Of a DNA stretch of 64,000 nt, positions 51,307 through 63,360 are shown in pieces; positions within the stretch are counted from its first letter, which is position 1, and each line of letters begins with the position of its first letter. The notes beneath the pieces are model-generated. The model was not told where the DNA came from. It saw only the letters and a program-made list of their open reading frames with translations, and searched no databases. The stretch comes from Cetorhinus maximus (Eukaryota): contig NC_135901.1 of NCBI RefSeq assembly GCF_964194155.1, forward strand, positions 1,674,001 to 1,738,000, read 5' to 3'. Both the position numbers and the translations under genes were made by a program.

Positions 51307-52049
51307 GCCTCATTTTTTGTGTCCTATCAAAAAATCTCTTTAATAAATTGGCAGCATTATCTGCTTCAAGGTGGAAAGGGGTGAAATAGCTGCTGCCGAT
51401 ACACCAATGCCCATGGGACAGAGAAATTCACTTCACCAATATATCTGGCACAGGACTTAGTTTCGATTCCCTCCATCCACTGGTGCACTGTCTGTGCCGT
51501 ATGCACAGTCTATGTGATGTGTTGAGTCCACATCCAGAGAGCAGAATTAATGGATAGCTACCTACAAATCGGAATTCAGAATATAAGAGTTAAGAGATGT
51601 TTCTCTGGTGTACTGGAATTCCCAACACTGTGAATCTTACCTCCTGGGATAAAGTAATGATCCAGTTTGTGGGGCACAGGGGTGGATTAATGTTCAGTCT
51701 ACAGTGCACTTATCTTGGGAGTGGATTATGGTTCTTCAAGGTACACGGCAGGGCCAACAGCTCAATCAGCTCCACTTTCAGCTCAGGAGACCTCAACAAC
51801 TGCACATACTGTCCACAGGGGAGATCTACTGGTGCAGTGAGGCCAACATTGATGCTTTAACTAACACCACCAAAAAACTGGATGTTGTGAAACAGAAACA
51901 ACGTGTATTTATATAATGCAATAAAATATCCTAAGGTCAGAGGAGTTTCAGAAAGAAAAAACTGACACCAAGTTACATTGGACGATATTAGGGTAGATGG
52001 CCAAAACCTTGATTTGACAGGCAGATTTTAAGCAACTTTAACCTGGAGA

Positions 52050-53360
52050 GAGAGTGAAAGGTTTAGGGAGGGAATTTCAGAGCTTCACTCCCAGGCATGG
52101 CCACCAACGTTGGAGTAAATAAAATCAGGGATGCTAAATAGACTGGATGAGAAGAGTGTAGATACCTCAGAGGGTTGTGCAACTGGAAAATAGAGATAAG
52201 GAAGAATGAGGGCATGAATGAATTTCTGAACAAGAATGCAAAGTTTAAAATCGAGACATTATTGGACCAGGAGCCAATGTAGGTCAGGGAACACAGGGAT
52301 GATGTGTGAATGGGACTTGGCATGAGAATGCAGCAGAGTTTTGGATGATCTCATGTTTCTGTGTTGAGGTGGGGTGAATGTGAGAAGCTGGTCAGGAATG
52401 TATTGGAATCGTGAAGTCTAAAATTGACACAGGCATGGATGAGGGTTTCAGCAGGAGATGAGCTGGGGTGGGGAGGAGACAGGCGACGTTATGGAGATTG
52501 AAATATGGGGTATTAATGATGGTGTGGATGTGTAGTTGGAAACTCATGTTGGGGTCAAATATGACACCAAGATTGTGAACAGTGTGGTTCAGCCTCAGAC
52601 AGTTCCCAGGGAGAGGGATGGACTCACTAGTTAGGGGACAGAATTTGGAATGTTGACTGAAGACAATGGCTTTGGTCTTCCCAATTTTTAATTGGAGGAA
52701 ATTTCTGCTCATTCTGTACTGGATATTGGATAAGCAGTTTGATAATTTAGTAACAGTGGAGGAACGGAGAGGGATGGTGGTGAGGTAGAACTGGGTGTTG
52801 TCAGTGTACATGTGAACCCTAACACGGTGCTTTTGGACTGTCACCTAGTGGCAGCTTGTAGATGAGAAATAGGAAGGGCCAGTGATAGATCCTTGGGGGA
52901 CACCAAGTTCAAGTACTCTGGAGAGGAAAGGGAGGTCAGAGAGGGGGGTGGCAGTTTACCAGGATGGTGGGGTCAAGTGGGTTTTTTTCAGGATGGGTGA
53001 TGACGGTGAATTTAAAGGTAAAAGGGACAGTGCCAAAAGAGAGAGAGAACCCCCGTTAACAATATCAGATAACATTGGGAAGATGGATGGTCAGCAGTTT
53101 ATTGAGAATAGAGTCAAGGGAGCAGAAGGTGGGTCTCACGAGCAAGATGAGCTCTAGGGGAGATAGAAGACAGGAGAGAAATAGGAGAAAGAAGTGAGTT
53201 CAGGGCTTGGACAAGGGGCAGTTTGGCCCGATGAGCAAGTGGAAGGGAGGGAAGCAGCAGAGGCAGCTGATCGGATTGTCTCAATCTTGGTGACAAAGGA
53301 CCTCCATGAGCTCCTCACACTTGTTGTTGGAGGTGAGAATGGAGGAGATGGGAGAGGGAG
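52050..53360 (-). mobile_element. L2 LINE fragment
   Basis: YTDNTQFY..NFLQLKIGKT..NLGVIFDP peptides, typical of the L2 YADDTQLY region. Confidence 0.8.
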
Positions 53361-53563
53361 ACCCCTTCAAAATGAATTAACCAGTGTTAGAGATATTAAA
53401 AAGACCTGACGGTTGTGTGTTGAGCACAAAGCTGATTTATTAGACTGTTATCCAGAATATTAACCCCTATAACTGGGTTGGAGTTTATTAACATCAACAG
53501 AAAAAGATCCAAATGAATATGGCCCAGTCCTGGATGTGATTAAGAAAAATTCAATCACTGTAG

Positions 53564-54340
53564 TTACTCGTGAACTCGCTGGTGTTTCAGCAGGTTGGAT
53601 GAGGTTGTGAATCCCTTCCCACACTCGGAACAGGTGAACGGCTTCTCTCCAGTGTGAATTCGCTGGTGTGTCAGCAAGTTAGATGACGGAGTGAATGCCT
53701 TCCCACAATCAGGACAGGTGAATGGCCTCTCTCCAGTGTGAACTCGCTGGTGTGTCAGCAGGTGGGATGGCCGAGTGAATCCCTTCCCACAATTGGAGCA
53801 GGTGAACGGCCTCTCTCCAGTGTGAACTCGCTGATGTACAATCAGATCAGATGAACATGTGAGCCCAGTCCCACAGTGAAAGCACCTGAATGGTCTCTTG
53901 ACAGTGTGAACACCTTGATGAAACATCAGTTCCCTGGAACTTTTATAGCACTTCCCACAGTCTGGGCATTTAAAAGGTCTCTCGTCAGTGTGAACTCGCT
54001 GGTGTGTCAGCAGGTGAGATGAGTGAGCAAATCCCTTCCCACACTTTGAGCTGGTGAATGGCCTCTCCCCAGTGTGAACTCGAAGGTGCACAGTGAGGTC
54101 AGATAATGTCTTGTGCCCAGTCCCACAGTGAGAGCACCTGAACGGTCTTTCGTCAGAGTGAACACGTTGATGGCCATTCAGTTCCCGGGGACTTTTATAG
54201 CACTTCCCGCAGTCTGGACATTTGAAAGGTCTCTCGTCAGTGTGAACTTGTCGGTGTTTCAGCAGGGTGGATGAACAAGTGAATCCCTTCCCACACTCAG
54301 AGCAGGTGATCGGCCTCTCCCCAGTGTGAACTCACTGATG
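53564..54340 (-). pseudogene. C2H2 ZNF (copy L), about 9 fingers, 5' part cut off by a Penelope insertion
   Basis: Open finger frame from ~54331 to 53564 with no initiating ATG upstream of the fingers. Abuts Penelope sequence at ~54345. Confidence 0.8.
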
Positions 54341-54344
54341 ATTT

Positions 54345-54992
54345 TACAGCACCTCATCTTACGATTAGGCACTTTACAGCCTTCCGGACTTAACACTGCG
54401 TTCAACAACTTCAGATCATGAACTCTCTCCTCCATCCTCACCCCCTTTTTGATCCCCTTTTTTCTAATAATTATTATTTTTTTCATATATATATTTTCCT
54501 TTTTCCACCTATTTCTATTATTATTTTTAAAATTTATTTCCATTCATTGTTTTATCTCCACCTTTTAGCCTATTTCGATCCCTTTCCCCCCACCCAACCC
54601 CCACTAGGGCCATCTGTCACTTGCTCATTCTGCTTTCTACCCTTAATGTCACCATTAGCACATCCTTTAGCTAATGTCACCACCGTCAACACTCCTTTGA
54701 CCTTTTGTTTATGACATCTTTGGCAATCTCTCCTTTGCCTCCACCTATCACTGGACCTCTATCCAGCTCCACCTGTCCCACCCCACTTAAACAGCTTATG
54801 GGCAGAGTTTTATGGCCCCGTTTCGGCAGGGACGAGGCCGTAAAATGTGGTGAGACATTCTTAACCTCATTGGCTTTGGCAGAAACGTAAATCCCCGCTG
54901 CCGTAAAATTTCGCCCTATATTTCACTGCATTTCCATTTCTCTTTAGTTCCGACAAAGAGTCATATGGACTCGAAATGTTAACTCTGTCTTC
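54345..54992 (+). mobile_element. Penelope 3' fragment with terminal repeat
   Basis: QHLILRLGTLQPSGLN..FNNFRS* matches the 17666 ORF C-terminus. Degenerate hammerhead at ~54948-54985. Confidence 0.85.
54800..54916. mobile_element. PIF/Harbinger-like MITE nested in the Penelope fragment
   Basis: TIRs gggcagagttttatggc / gccgtaaaatttcgccc with 3-bp TAT duplication. A related end lies at ~55425. Confidence 0.7.
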
Positions 54993-55439
54993 CTGGTAGA
55001 GGTTGCATGTTTGAAAGGAGCTGTTGAGGGAGCCTTGGTGAGTTGCTGCAGTGCATCTTGAGATGGCACATGTTCATAATTTACACTATAACTTGATTAA
55101 ACTTTTTAGAACCCTACATGAAACCTCATCCCGCCACTGGATGAGGTTTCATGTTTTCTCTATTCCCCGCCGGGGCTCCTGGCCTGCCCGCTAACCTTAA
55201 GGTTGGACGGGCAAGTCCTTTAATTGTTTAATTGAACATGTCAATGGCCTTAATTGGCCATTGACAGGTCGGTGGGCCCGCAGCTGATTTTGCTGCGCCC
55301 CTGCCTTCCTGAAAATTTAAATGGGGCGCGATGACATCAGGGGTTCCGCCCGACATCACCGTTTGTCATTTTACACATTGGCGAGTGGGCCCCGCCTCCT
55401 GCTCGCTGACGGCAAAATTCTGCCCTGGGAGTACAAAGG

Positions 55440-56010
55440 TCAAGGAGGCTCACTATAAAAAACATTATTTCTGCCCTGGCTGGAGGGTTGTGTCCAATTC
55501 TGAGCATCACATTTTAGGGAGGACATGAAGGCTTTGGAGAGGGCACAGAGGAGATTGACTCCAATGATTCCAGGGTTGGTGGATCACAGGACCACGGATC
55601 AATGAGAGAACCTGGGGTTGTTCTTCTTGGAACAGAGAAAGCGAAGAGGAGATTTGATTGATGTGTTTAAAATCATGAAGGGTTTAGATAGAGTGAATAA
55701 GGAGAAAATATTTCCAATGGCCAGTGGGTTTGATAACCAGAGGACATTGATTTAGGGTGATTGGCAAGAGAACCAGAGGCATCAGGAGGAAATCTTTTCA
55801 GTAACAAGTGGTTAGGATTTAGAATGCGCTGTCTGACGGGGCGATGGATACAGGTTCAAGAGTGACCTTCAAAAGGGAATTGGAGAAATACTTGAAGGAG
55901 AAATGATGCAGGGATGGGATAAAGAATGGGGGAGTGGCACTAACTGGATAGCTCGTTGAAAGTTACCAGCACAGATTCTATAGGCCAAATGGCCTCCTTC
56001 TCTGCTGTAC
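55440..56010 (+). mobile_element. CR1 3' fragment
   Basis: RGDLIDVFKIMKGLDRV-type sequence and CR1 3' UTR. Confidence 0.75.
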
Positions 56011-56249
56011 TATTAGGAGATTCTGTGATTTATAATACAATGATTCATAGTAAACATGATATGATAGAATCAAGAGCATGGATGGTGGCCATTCAGCCCA
56101 TTGTCCCTGTACTGTCCCTGAAAATGTTACCAATCTGTCCCACTCCCCTGCTCTTTTCTGATTGCCCTCCAAATCTTTCCTAATTAAATAAAAGTCCAAA
56201 TCACTTTTGAAAGTTACTATTGAATCTGCTTCTACCAGTCATTCCGACA

Positions 56250-57280
56250 ATGAAAACAATGACTTCAGTCTTCCCAATATTTAATTGGAGGAAATTTCTG
56301 GACATCCACCACTGAATATCAGACAAACAGTCTGATAATTTACCAAGAGTGGAGAAGTTGAGAGAGGTGGTGGTGAGGTAGAGCTGGGAGGTGTCAGTGT
56401 AAATGTGATAAGTGACAGTGTTTTCAGATGATGTCATTGTGTGGAACAGGTTGATGAGAAATAAGAGACCAAGGTGGATCCTTTGGGGACACCAGAGGTG
56501 ACTGTGTGAGTGGGAAGGGAAAACATTACAAGTGATTCTCTGGCTATGATTAGATGGAGAAGAATGGAACCAGGAGAGAGCAGCCCCACCCAGCTGGACG
56601 ACAGGGGAGAGGCGAAGGTGCAGAATGATGTGGTCAACAATGTCAAAGGCTGCAGACAGGTCAAGGATGAGAAGGGAGAATTTATCTTTGTCACAGTCAC
56701 AAAGGGTGTCATTTGTGACTTTGATAAGAGCTGTTTCAGTACTGTGACAGCGGCAGAAACCTGATTGGAGGGATTCAAACATGGAGTTCTGGGAAAAATG
56801 GGCACAGTTTTGGGAGGTGACAACATGTTCAAGGACTTTGGAGAAGAAAGGGAGGCTGGAGATGGGGCAGTAGTTTAGAAGGATGGTGGGGTCAAGGATT
56901 TATTTTTTGAGAAGGGTATAATGATGGCAGATTTGAAGGTGAGAGGGACAGTACCTGACAGAGAAAACTGTTAACATAGTCAGTGAACATGGAGAAGTTG
57001 AGTGATCAGTAGTTTAGTGGGAGTAGGGTTGATGAAGGAGGCGGGTTTCATGGACAAGATGAGCTCTGAGAGGGCCTGAGGTGAGATGGGAGGGAAACTA
57101 CAGAACGATGTGAGTTCAGGGGTCAGGTAACAGGGAACTTTAGAGGCAGTTCAGCCCCGTGGGCTAGTGGAAGGGAAGCAGTAGAGGCAGCTGATCAGAT
57201 TGTCTTAATCTTAGTGACAAAGAAGCTCCATGAGCTCCTCACACTTGTTGTTGAAGGTGAGGATGGAGGAGACGGGGAGA
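56250..57280 (-). mobile_element. L2 LINE fragment, paralogous to 52680-53360
   Basis: QSGF..HSTETALIKVTND..LDLSAAFD peptide (ORF 56201..56782). Confidence 0.85.
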
Positions 57281-57489
57281 GGGAGAGCCCTTCAGAAAGA
57301 ATTAACCTGAGTAGAGATATTCAAAAAACCTCCATGGATTTGTGTTTAACACAAAGCTGCTTATTTGATTTTTATCAAGAATATTAGCCCCTTTAAGTGG
57401 TCTGGAGATTAGTAACATCAGCAGAAATAGACTCCAATTAACAGGGTTCAGTCCTGGATATGATTAACAGCAAAATCAAATCACTGTAG

Positions 57490-58527
57490 TTACTTATGAA
57501 TTCGCTGGTGTCTCAGCCGGTGGGATGAGGTAGTGAATCCCTTCCCACACTGCGAGCAGGTGAACGGCCTCTCCCCTGTGTGAACTCGCTGGTGTGTCAG
57601 CAGGCTGGATGAGATAGTGAATCCCTTCCCACACTTGGAGCAGGTGAATGGTCTCTCCCCGCTGTGAATTCGTTGATGTGTCAGCAGGCTGGATGATTGA
57701 GTGAATCCCTTCCCACACTCAGAGCAGGTGAATGGTCTCTCCCTTGTGTGAATTCGCTGATGGTCAGTGAGTTGAGATGATTGTCTGAATCCAGTCCCAC
57801 ACTGAGAGCACTTAAATGGTCTTTCATCAGTGTGAACACGCTGATGGTACATCAGTTCCCAGGAACTTTTAAAGCACTTCCCACAGTCCAAGCATTTAAA
57901 AGGTCTCTTATCAGTGTGAACTCGCTGGTGTGTCAGCAGGGTGGATGAGGTAGTGAATCCCTTCCCACACGTGGAGCAGGTGAATGGCCTCTCCCCAGTG
58001 TGAATTCGCTGATGCTTCAGCAGGTCGGATGACTGAGTGAATCCCTTCCCACACTCGGAGCAGGTGAACGGCTTCTCCCCAGTGTGAATTCGCTGGTGTA
58101 CAGTGAGTTGGGATGATCGCCTGAACCCAGTCCCGCAGTGGGAGCATTTAAATGGTCTCTCGTCAGTGTGAACACGTTGATGGTACATCAGTTCCCAGGA
58201 ACTTTTATAGCATTTCCCGCAGTCTGGGCATTTAAAAGGCCTCTCTTCACTGTGAACTCGCTGGTGTCTCAGCAGGTTGGATGAAAGAGTAAATCCCTTC
58301 CCACACATGGAGCAGGTGAACAGCCTCTCCCCAGTGTGACTGCGCTGATGCTTTTCCAGCTCAGCTGGAGATTTGAATCCCTTCCCACAGTCCTCACATT
58401 TCCACGGTTTCTCCCCAGTGTTACTGCACTTGTGTTTCCACAGGCCAGTTGATTGCCTGAAGCCTCGTCCACACGCAGAACACGTGTACAGTTTCTCTCC
58501 ACTGTGAATGGTGCTTTTTTCTTCCAT
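57490..58527 (-). CDS. C2H2 zinc-finger protein (copy M), 11 canonical fingers plus 1 degenerate
   Basis: Intact ORF, ATG at 58527 ([12 protein letters not shown]), acceptor before 58636. Confidence 0.92.
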   Translation of the reverse strand: MEEKSTIHSGEKLYTCSACGRGFRQSTGLWKHKCSNTGEKPWKCEDCGKGFKSPAELEKHQRSHTGERLFTCSMCGKGFTLSSNLLRHQRVHSEERPFKCPDCGKCYKSSWELMYHQRVHTDERPFKCSHCGTGFRRSSQLTVHQRIHTGEKPFTCSECGKGFTQSSDLLKHQRIHTGERPFTCSTCGKGFTTSSTLLTHQRVHTDKRPFKCLDCGKCFKSSWELMYHQRVHTDERPFKCSQCGTGFRQSSQLTDHQRIHTRERPFTCSECGKGFTQSSSLLTHQRIHSGERPFTCSKCGKGFTISSSLLTHQRVHTGERPFTCSQCGKGFTTSSHRLRHQRIHK

Positions 58528-59029
58528 GTTCAAAATCCAATGATACTCAAGTTCCGATCAACTGGACGACTCTGTCAGATTCTGATGTGATGTTTGGTTT
58601 GAGTTTCCTGACTGTAAATCCTCCTCTTCTAATACCCTGTGAAATTGATTTAAAACAGAAAAAAGGGAGTGAGAGAGAACCCACAAAAACATAAAGGCAG
58701 GTTGGGGAACTGAGCTGAATGAATCTGGTCATTTGTGGAATTGACATGAGGAAAAAGTGACCATGTAAACTGCTGGATTGTCATAAAAACCCAACTGGTT
58801 CACTAATGTCCTTCAGGGAAGGGAACCGGAAACCCAGACTGGGTCTACACAAGACTCTGGTCTCCATGGGAGGAGAGAGAGAGAGAGGTGGGAGATGGAG
58901 GGGGTGAAGAAATGTTTTATACATCTACAACTCATCCAGGAATTTCACAGAATCCCCAGAGCCTCAACCACCACCACCTAGAAGGACCAGGGTAACAGGT
59001 GTCAGTGAACACCATCACCTCCAACTCAC

Positions 59030-59475
59030 ACACTATCCAGTCTGACATCCAGTACAGGATGAGCAGAAATTTCCTCCATTTAACTATTGGGAAGAGGGAC
59101 GCCATTGTCTTCAGTCCCCACAACAGACACCACCCCCTAACCACTGACTCCATCCCTCTCTCTTGCAGCTCTCTGGGCCTGAACCAGACTGTTCACAATC
59201 TTGTTGTCATGTTTCAGGCCAAGCTGAATTTCTGACCACAAATCACTAAAACCACCCATTTCCACCTCAGTAACATCACCCAACTGTGTCCCTGCCTCAG
59301 TTCATCCGCTGCTGAAACTCATCCATTCCTTTGTTCCCTCTAAACTGGACGATTCGACTGTGCGTCTTGTCGACCTCCCAGATTCAACTCCATGGAAACT
59401 GGAGTTCATTCAAAACAGCTGCTCGTCCTTACTCACACCAAGTCTTGTTCACCATCACCCCTGTGCTCTCTGATC
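59030..59475 (+). mobile_element. L2 LINE fragment
   Basis: SDIQYRMSRNFLHLTIGK peptide. Confidence 0.7.
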
Positions 59476-59529
59476 CAGATGGTGGTAATTTCCAGTCTTA
59501 CAGCCCTCCAGGATTATCTGGGATAATTG

Positions 59530-59765
59530 AATTCCGGCCCACCCCCAGCTCCAATTCCTCTCGTGCGTCCACAATCTCCTCCGGCCTCCTGAGCCGCCTG
59601 TTCCACCTCAGTCCCTCTCCACAAGCTGCACTGAGCATGCTCTGAGCACAGCCCGGCCCCCACGCCGGCGATCTGGGTTCCTGTTCTCATTGATAGGGGG
59701 ATTTCTGACGCACAGGGCATTCTGGGTAATCCTACCTCCATCGAGACCAATCAGTGAACGGGCAA
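59530..59765. promoter_or_regulatory. Promoter, probably for copy M
   Basis: CpG-enriched, GAGCATGCTC palindrome, CCAAT. Paralogous to 50640-50750. Confidence 0.5.
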
Positions 59766-60099
59766 TTTTTTTTCCCAGTTGGTAAAATGGAAGTTCCATG
59801 GACAAGGGGGATATTGGATGGGAAGCACAATGAAAGGTTCAGACACTTTATTGAATACTCACAGCAGAAGCACATTAATCTGATCGGAGATCACTTCCAC
59901 ACGAGCAGCCAGCGGAGTGGAGCATCTTGAGATTCCGGTCCCTTTCCAGTCAGTATTCACAGGAGCTGGGACATGGAAAAGAGTCTCAGTAAAATCTAGA
60001 ATTTATTTGTTCACTGTTTTACAATGGGTCTGGGCGCACACTCGAAGTTTGTGCAGCCTGTGACTCCCTGGGATTATTAATCCTCCCCCTCCAAACCCT

Positions 60100-60790
60100 T
60101 TGGGCTCTCTATTGTTGGACTCTATTGTTTTTCAATGTCCTCCTGCCCTTGTTGTACCTGATCCAATAAAAACCCTCCTTACATCACACAGGGAACAGCT
60201 TTAGACATGTTCTGACTTTTCACCTCAATCTTATTCTGCTGAATGATCTCACTGACCGTTCCCTTTCTCTCGATCCGTCCGTCCACCATCTCTTTTCTGG
60301 ATTTCACTCCTTCTTGTTGTTCCAGGATTTCATCTCTATGTCTTTTATTTCTTTTACTGAAGATTCCTGTCCATTGCTGCCTCACAGCCTCATCCTGTTC
60401 CCACATATTCTCCATGTCTAAGTGCTTCCCAGCGGCCGTGCCAGCCGTGGCCTCTATTCCAGCCCAGTCACTGATCCCTCTCTTCCCTCCACCCTTTTTA
60501 CTGGTGTCACTATCACAGGGACGATTGCGGTGTTTTCCCAAAACTGCCTTAACACCGGGGTCTTGGCTACTGGGTGATCATAGTCCACCCATCTCTCTCC
60601 CTGCATTCTGACTTATGAAATTCCTGGATAATTCCCTTATCATCTGAACATCAAGGTCCTTGTAGATGGGATGACATAACCTTGGGGACGGGTGTGTGGT
60701 GTTCAGGGCACGTATTACAGGAACTATTTTAAATCTTGTATCATTATATAGGCTTTGTGAGTACGGGTGATGATTAATCCATTTGTGGGA
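60100..60790 (-). mobile_element. Putative endogenous retroviral env relic
   Basis: One frame with scattered stops: N-glycosylation sequons, a basic KR site followed by a Gly/Ala-rich segment and a helical region. Confidence 0.4.
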
Positions 60791-61189
60791 CCAATTTCTT
60801 ATGGCAGGACAGATTGAGGGGTAGTTAGGGAAATATCTGGGATCTTGGGCTTCATAAATAGAGGAACTGAGTACAAAAACAGGGAAGTGCACCAACAGAG
60901 TTGTCCTGATCTGGAAATCTCTCCCTGAAAAGGTGCTGGAACCTGATTCTATGTTTAGACTCCACCTGCTTGTCCTAGATTCCCCAACCAGTGGAAATAG
61001 TTCCTCTCTATCTACCCTCTCAGTTCCAATCAATAACCCAAAAACTTTGATCAAATCACCTCTTAATCTTCGAAATTCCAGGGATTACAACCCTCACAGT
61101 ATTTTAGCAGGAGGAATAGGGAGGGGAAGATATAATTCATGGCACAGATCTAAAGAATGTGAATGGACAGAAGGACCTGGAGCTGCATG

Positions 61190-61810
61190 TTCTTTGATCT
61201 CTGAAGGTGACAGGATGTATTAAGAGAGTAGTTAGCACAGCAGATTGGATCTTGAGCTACATAAATAGTGGTATTGAGAACAAAAACAGGGAAGTTATGC
61301 TGAATCTTTATAAAGCTTTGGTTAGGCCAGAATTCAAGAATTGCATTCAGTTCTGGTCACCTCACTTTAGCAAGGGTGTGAAGGTCCTTGAGAAAAGTGC
61401 AGAGGAGATTTACCAGAATGGTTCCTGCAAAGGAGGTTGAGGGCAGATTGGTAGAGGTGTACAAGATTATGACAGGTTTAGATAAGGTGGACAAAGAAAA
61501 GCTGCACCCATCAGCTGATTGTACAAGGACTCAAGGACAGAGGTTTAAGTTTTTGGGTAAAAGGTATGGGAGGTGTGAGGAAGAATATTTTTACACAGTG
61601 AATGGTAATGAGCTCGAATTTGCTGTCTATGAGGGAGGTGGAAATGGACATGATGAATGATTTCAAAAGGAAATTGGATAGATGCTCGAGGGAAATAAAC
61701 TTGCAAAGATACAGGGATACAGCAGGGGAATGGGGCTGATTGGATTGTTCTAGAGATCTGGCATGAACTCAATGGGCCGAATGGCCTCCTCTGTGCCATA
61801 ATGACTGTGG
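61190..61810 (+). mobile_element. CR1 3' fragment
   Basis: LYKALVRP..CIQFWSP and VYKIMTGLDKVD peptides. Confidence 0.8.
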
Positions 61811-61959
61811 CTTTTTTGAGTAATCTCATTCTGTAATTTATCCCTTGGGGCTCAGATATCACGCAGGTAAATCAGTGTTACACTCCCTCCAAGACCTTTC
61901 TATCCTTCCTGATGTTTGTTGCCCAGAACTAAACATTGTTCTCCAGGTGTGCTGTAACC

Positions 61960-62151
61960 AGGGTTTGTGTGTCTCAGCATTTTTCCAGTCACACCTGAAA
62001 TCTTCTCCCATAGACAGTTCAGACAAAGCTTTTCCTTCCCACATTCAAAGAGCGATGATATTCAGGTCCGGATGAAACGAGTGACTCTGTCAGGTCTTGA
62101 TGTGATATTTGGTTTGAGTCTCCCGTCTGTCAATCCTCCACTTCCAGTAAC
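61960..62151 (-). pseudogene. ZNF leader-exon relic (copy N)
   Basis: Two tandem family acceptor modules (~62259, 62152), leader with TGA at 61989-61991, no fingers. Confidence 0.7.
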
Positions 62152-62339
62152 CTGCAAGTTTACGGAAACCATCACTGTAAATCCAGGATAGAAATTGAAG
62201 AGAGAAACATTTCTTTTGATTTAGTTTGCTGTGTGTAAATCCTCCCCTTCTCACCCCCTGTAAAAGGAGTTTCCAAAAATCCATCCCTGTCAGTCAAGGA
62301 TAGAAATACACAATATTCTCTCCTCCTGCTGACAGGCAT

Positions 62340-62705
62340 ATGGATAACCGCGCATGCGCCCTGCTGCACATTGGCCACTATAAAGATGGCGGCCGTTAAC
62401 CCGGGCCTGTGACCCAGAGGAGTTCAAGCGATCTCGCCCCGTCCCGGGTAAACAGGACCGGTAGTTTCTTAGTCGGGGTTTGAGGCCTCCACCGAGTATT
62501 TATGAAGCCTCTCCGCCCACTCTCCTCGCTCTAATCCTCTCCACCTACCCAGCGGCTCCATTAGTCAACCGCAGTCCATTATTTCTCGCTTCTCCGGCTA
62601 ACGCCAGGCACAATCTGGCCGCATTGCGCATGCTCCGGTTATGCCCAGCAGTGCGCATGCGCAGGAAGCTCCTGTGGTCTGGATAGGATACATTCTGCCC
62701 CGCGG
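62340..62705. promoter_or_regulatory. CpG-rich promoter with NRF1 and YY1 sites
   Basis: Perfect TGCGCATGCGCA at 62652-62663, two further NRF1-like sites, and AAGATGGCGGCC at 62383-62394. Confidence 0.7.
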
Positions 62706-63134
62706 AGAATGCTGGGTAAACATCCCACCATTGAAAGATGGTCCTGTTGAAAATTATACTCTTTGTTTTCCGATTTCGGTTGGAGCCATTAGGGCAAAGA
62801 TGTAAACTTATTAAAATCAAATCAGCTAACCTGCTCCTCGCTAATAAGAATGTTCTGATTGTGCAACAGATCCTTTGAACTTTTAAAGCTCGAGTGCTAG
62901 CAGGTGGGAAAATAGAATAACTCCCTCCGCACAAGTGAAGTATCTGAATGGTGTTCCTCCAGTGTGACTGAGCTGTTGTGTCAATAAATGGGATAACCGA
63001 GAGAATCCATTTCCACATTCAGCTGGTGAATGATATTTTGTGGTGAGATTTTACTCATGAGTTTCAAGCTCAGACAAGGATCCAAAACTCTTATGATAAT
63101 GAGATCCACACTCTTAACATTATCCAGTTAAAGA

Positions 63135-63360
63135 AAAGCAAAATACTGCAGATGCTGGAAATCTGAATAAGCAACAACAAAAAATAGTTAACACATCTGG
63201 TAACATTTTTGGAAAGGGAGGCATAATTTACATTTAAGGTCTATAACCTTTCATCCTAACTGCACCACATCAGTTCATAGACCTGAAACGTTAAGTCTGT
63301 TTATCAATCTCCAGATGCTGCCAGATATGCTGAGTACTTCCAGCATTTTCTGTTTTATCT
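63135..63360. mobile_element. Decayed inverted Penelope terminal-repeat element
   Basis: aaaatactgcagatgctggaaatctg ... gaaacgttaa..agatgctgccaga..gctgag..tccagcattttctg. A similar element lies at 39150-39310. Confidence 0.65.

Noticed and set aside
248-62151. Selenocysteine recoding of the conserved leader UGAs
   Set aside because: The UGAs align with Arg/Trp helix positions rather than Cys, and no convincing SECIS (AUGA/AA/GA) could be identified by eye in the shared tail. A SECISearch run would be needed to exclude it formally.
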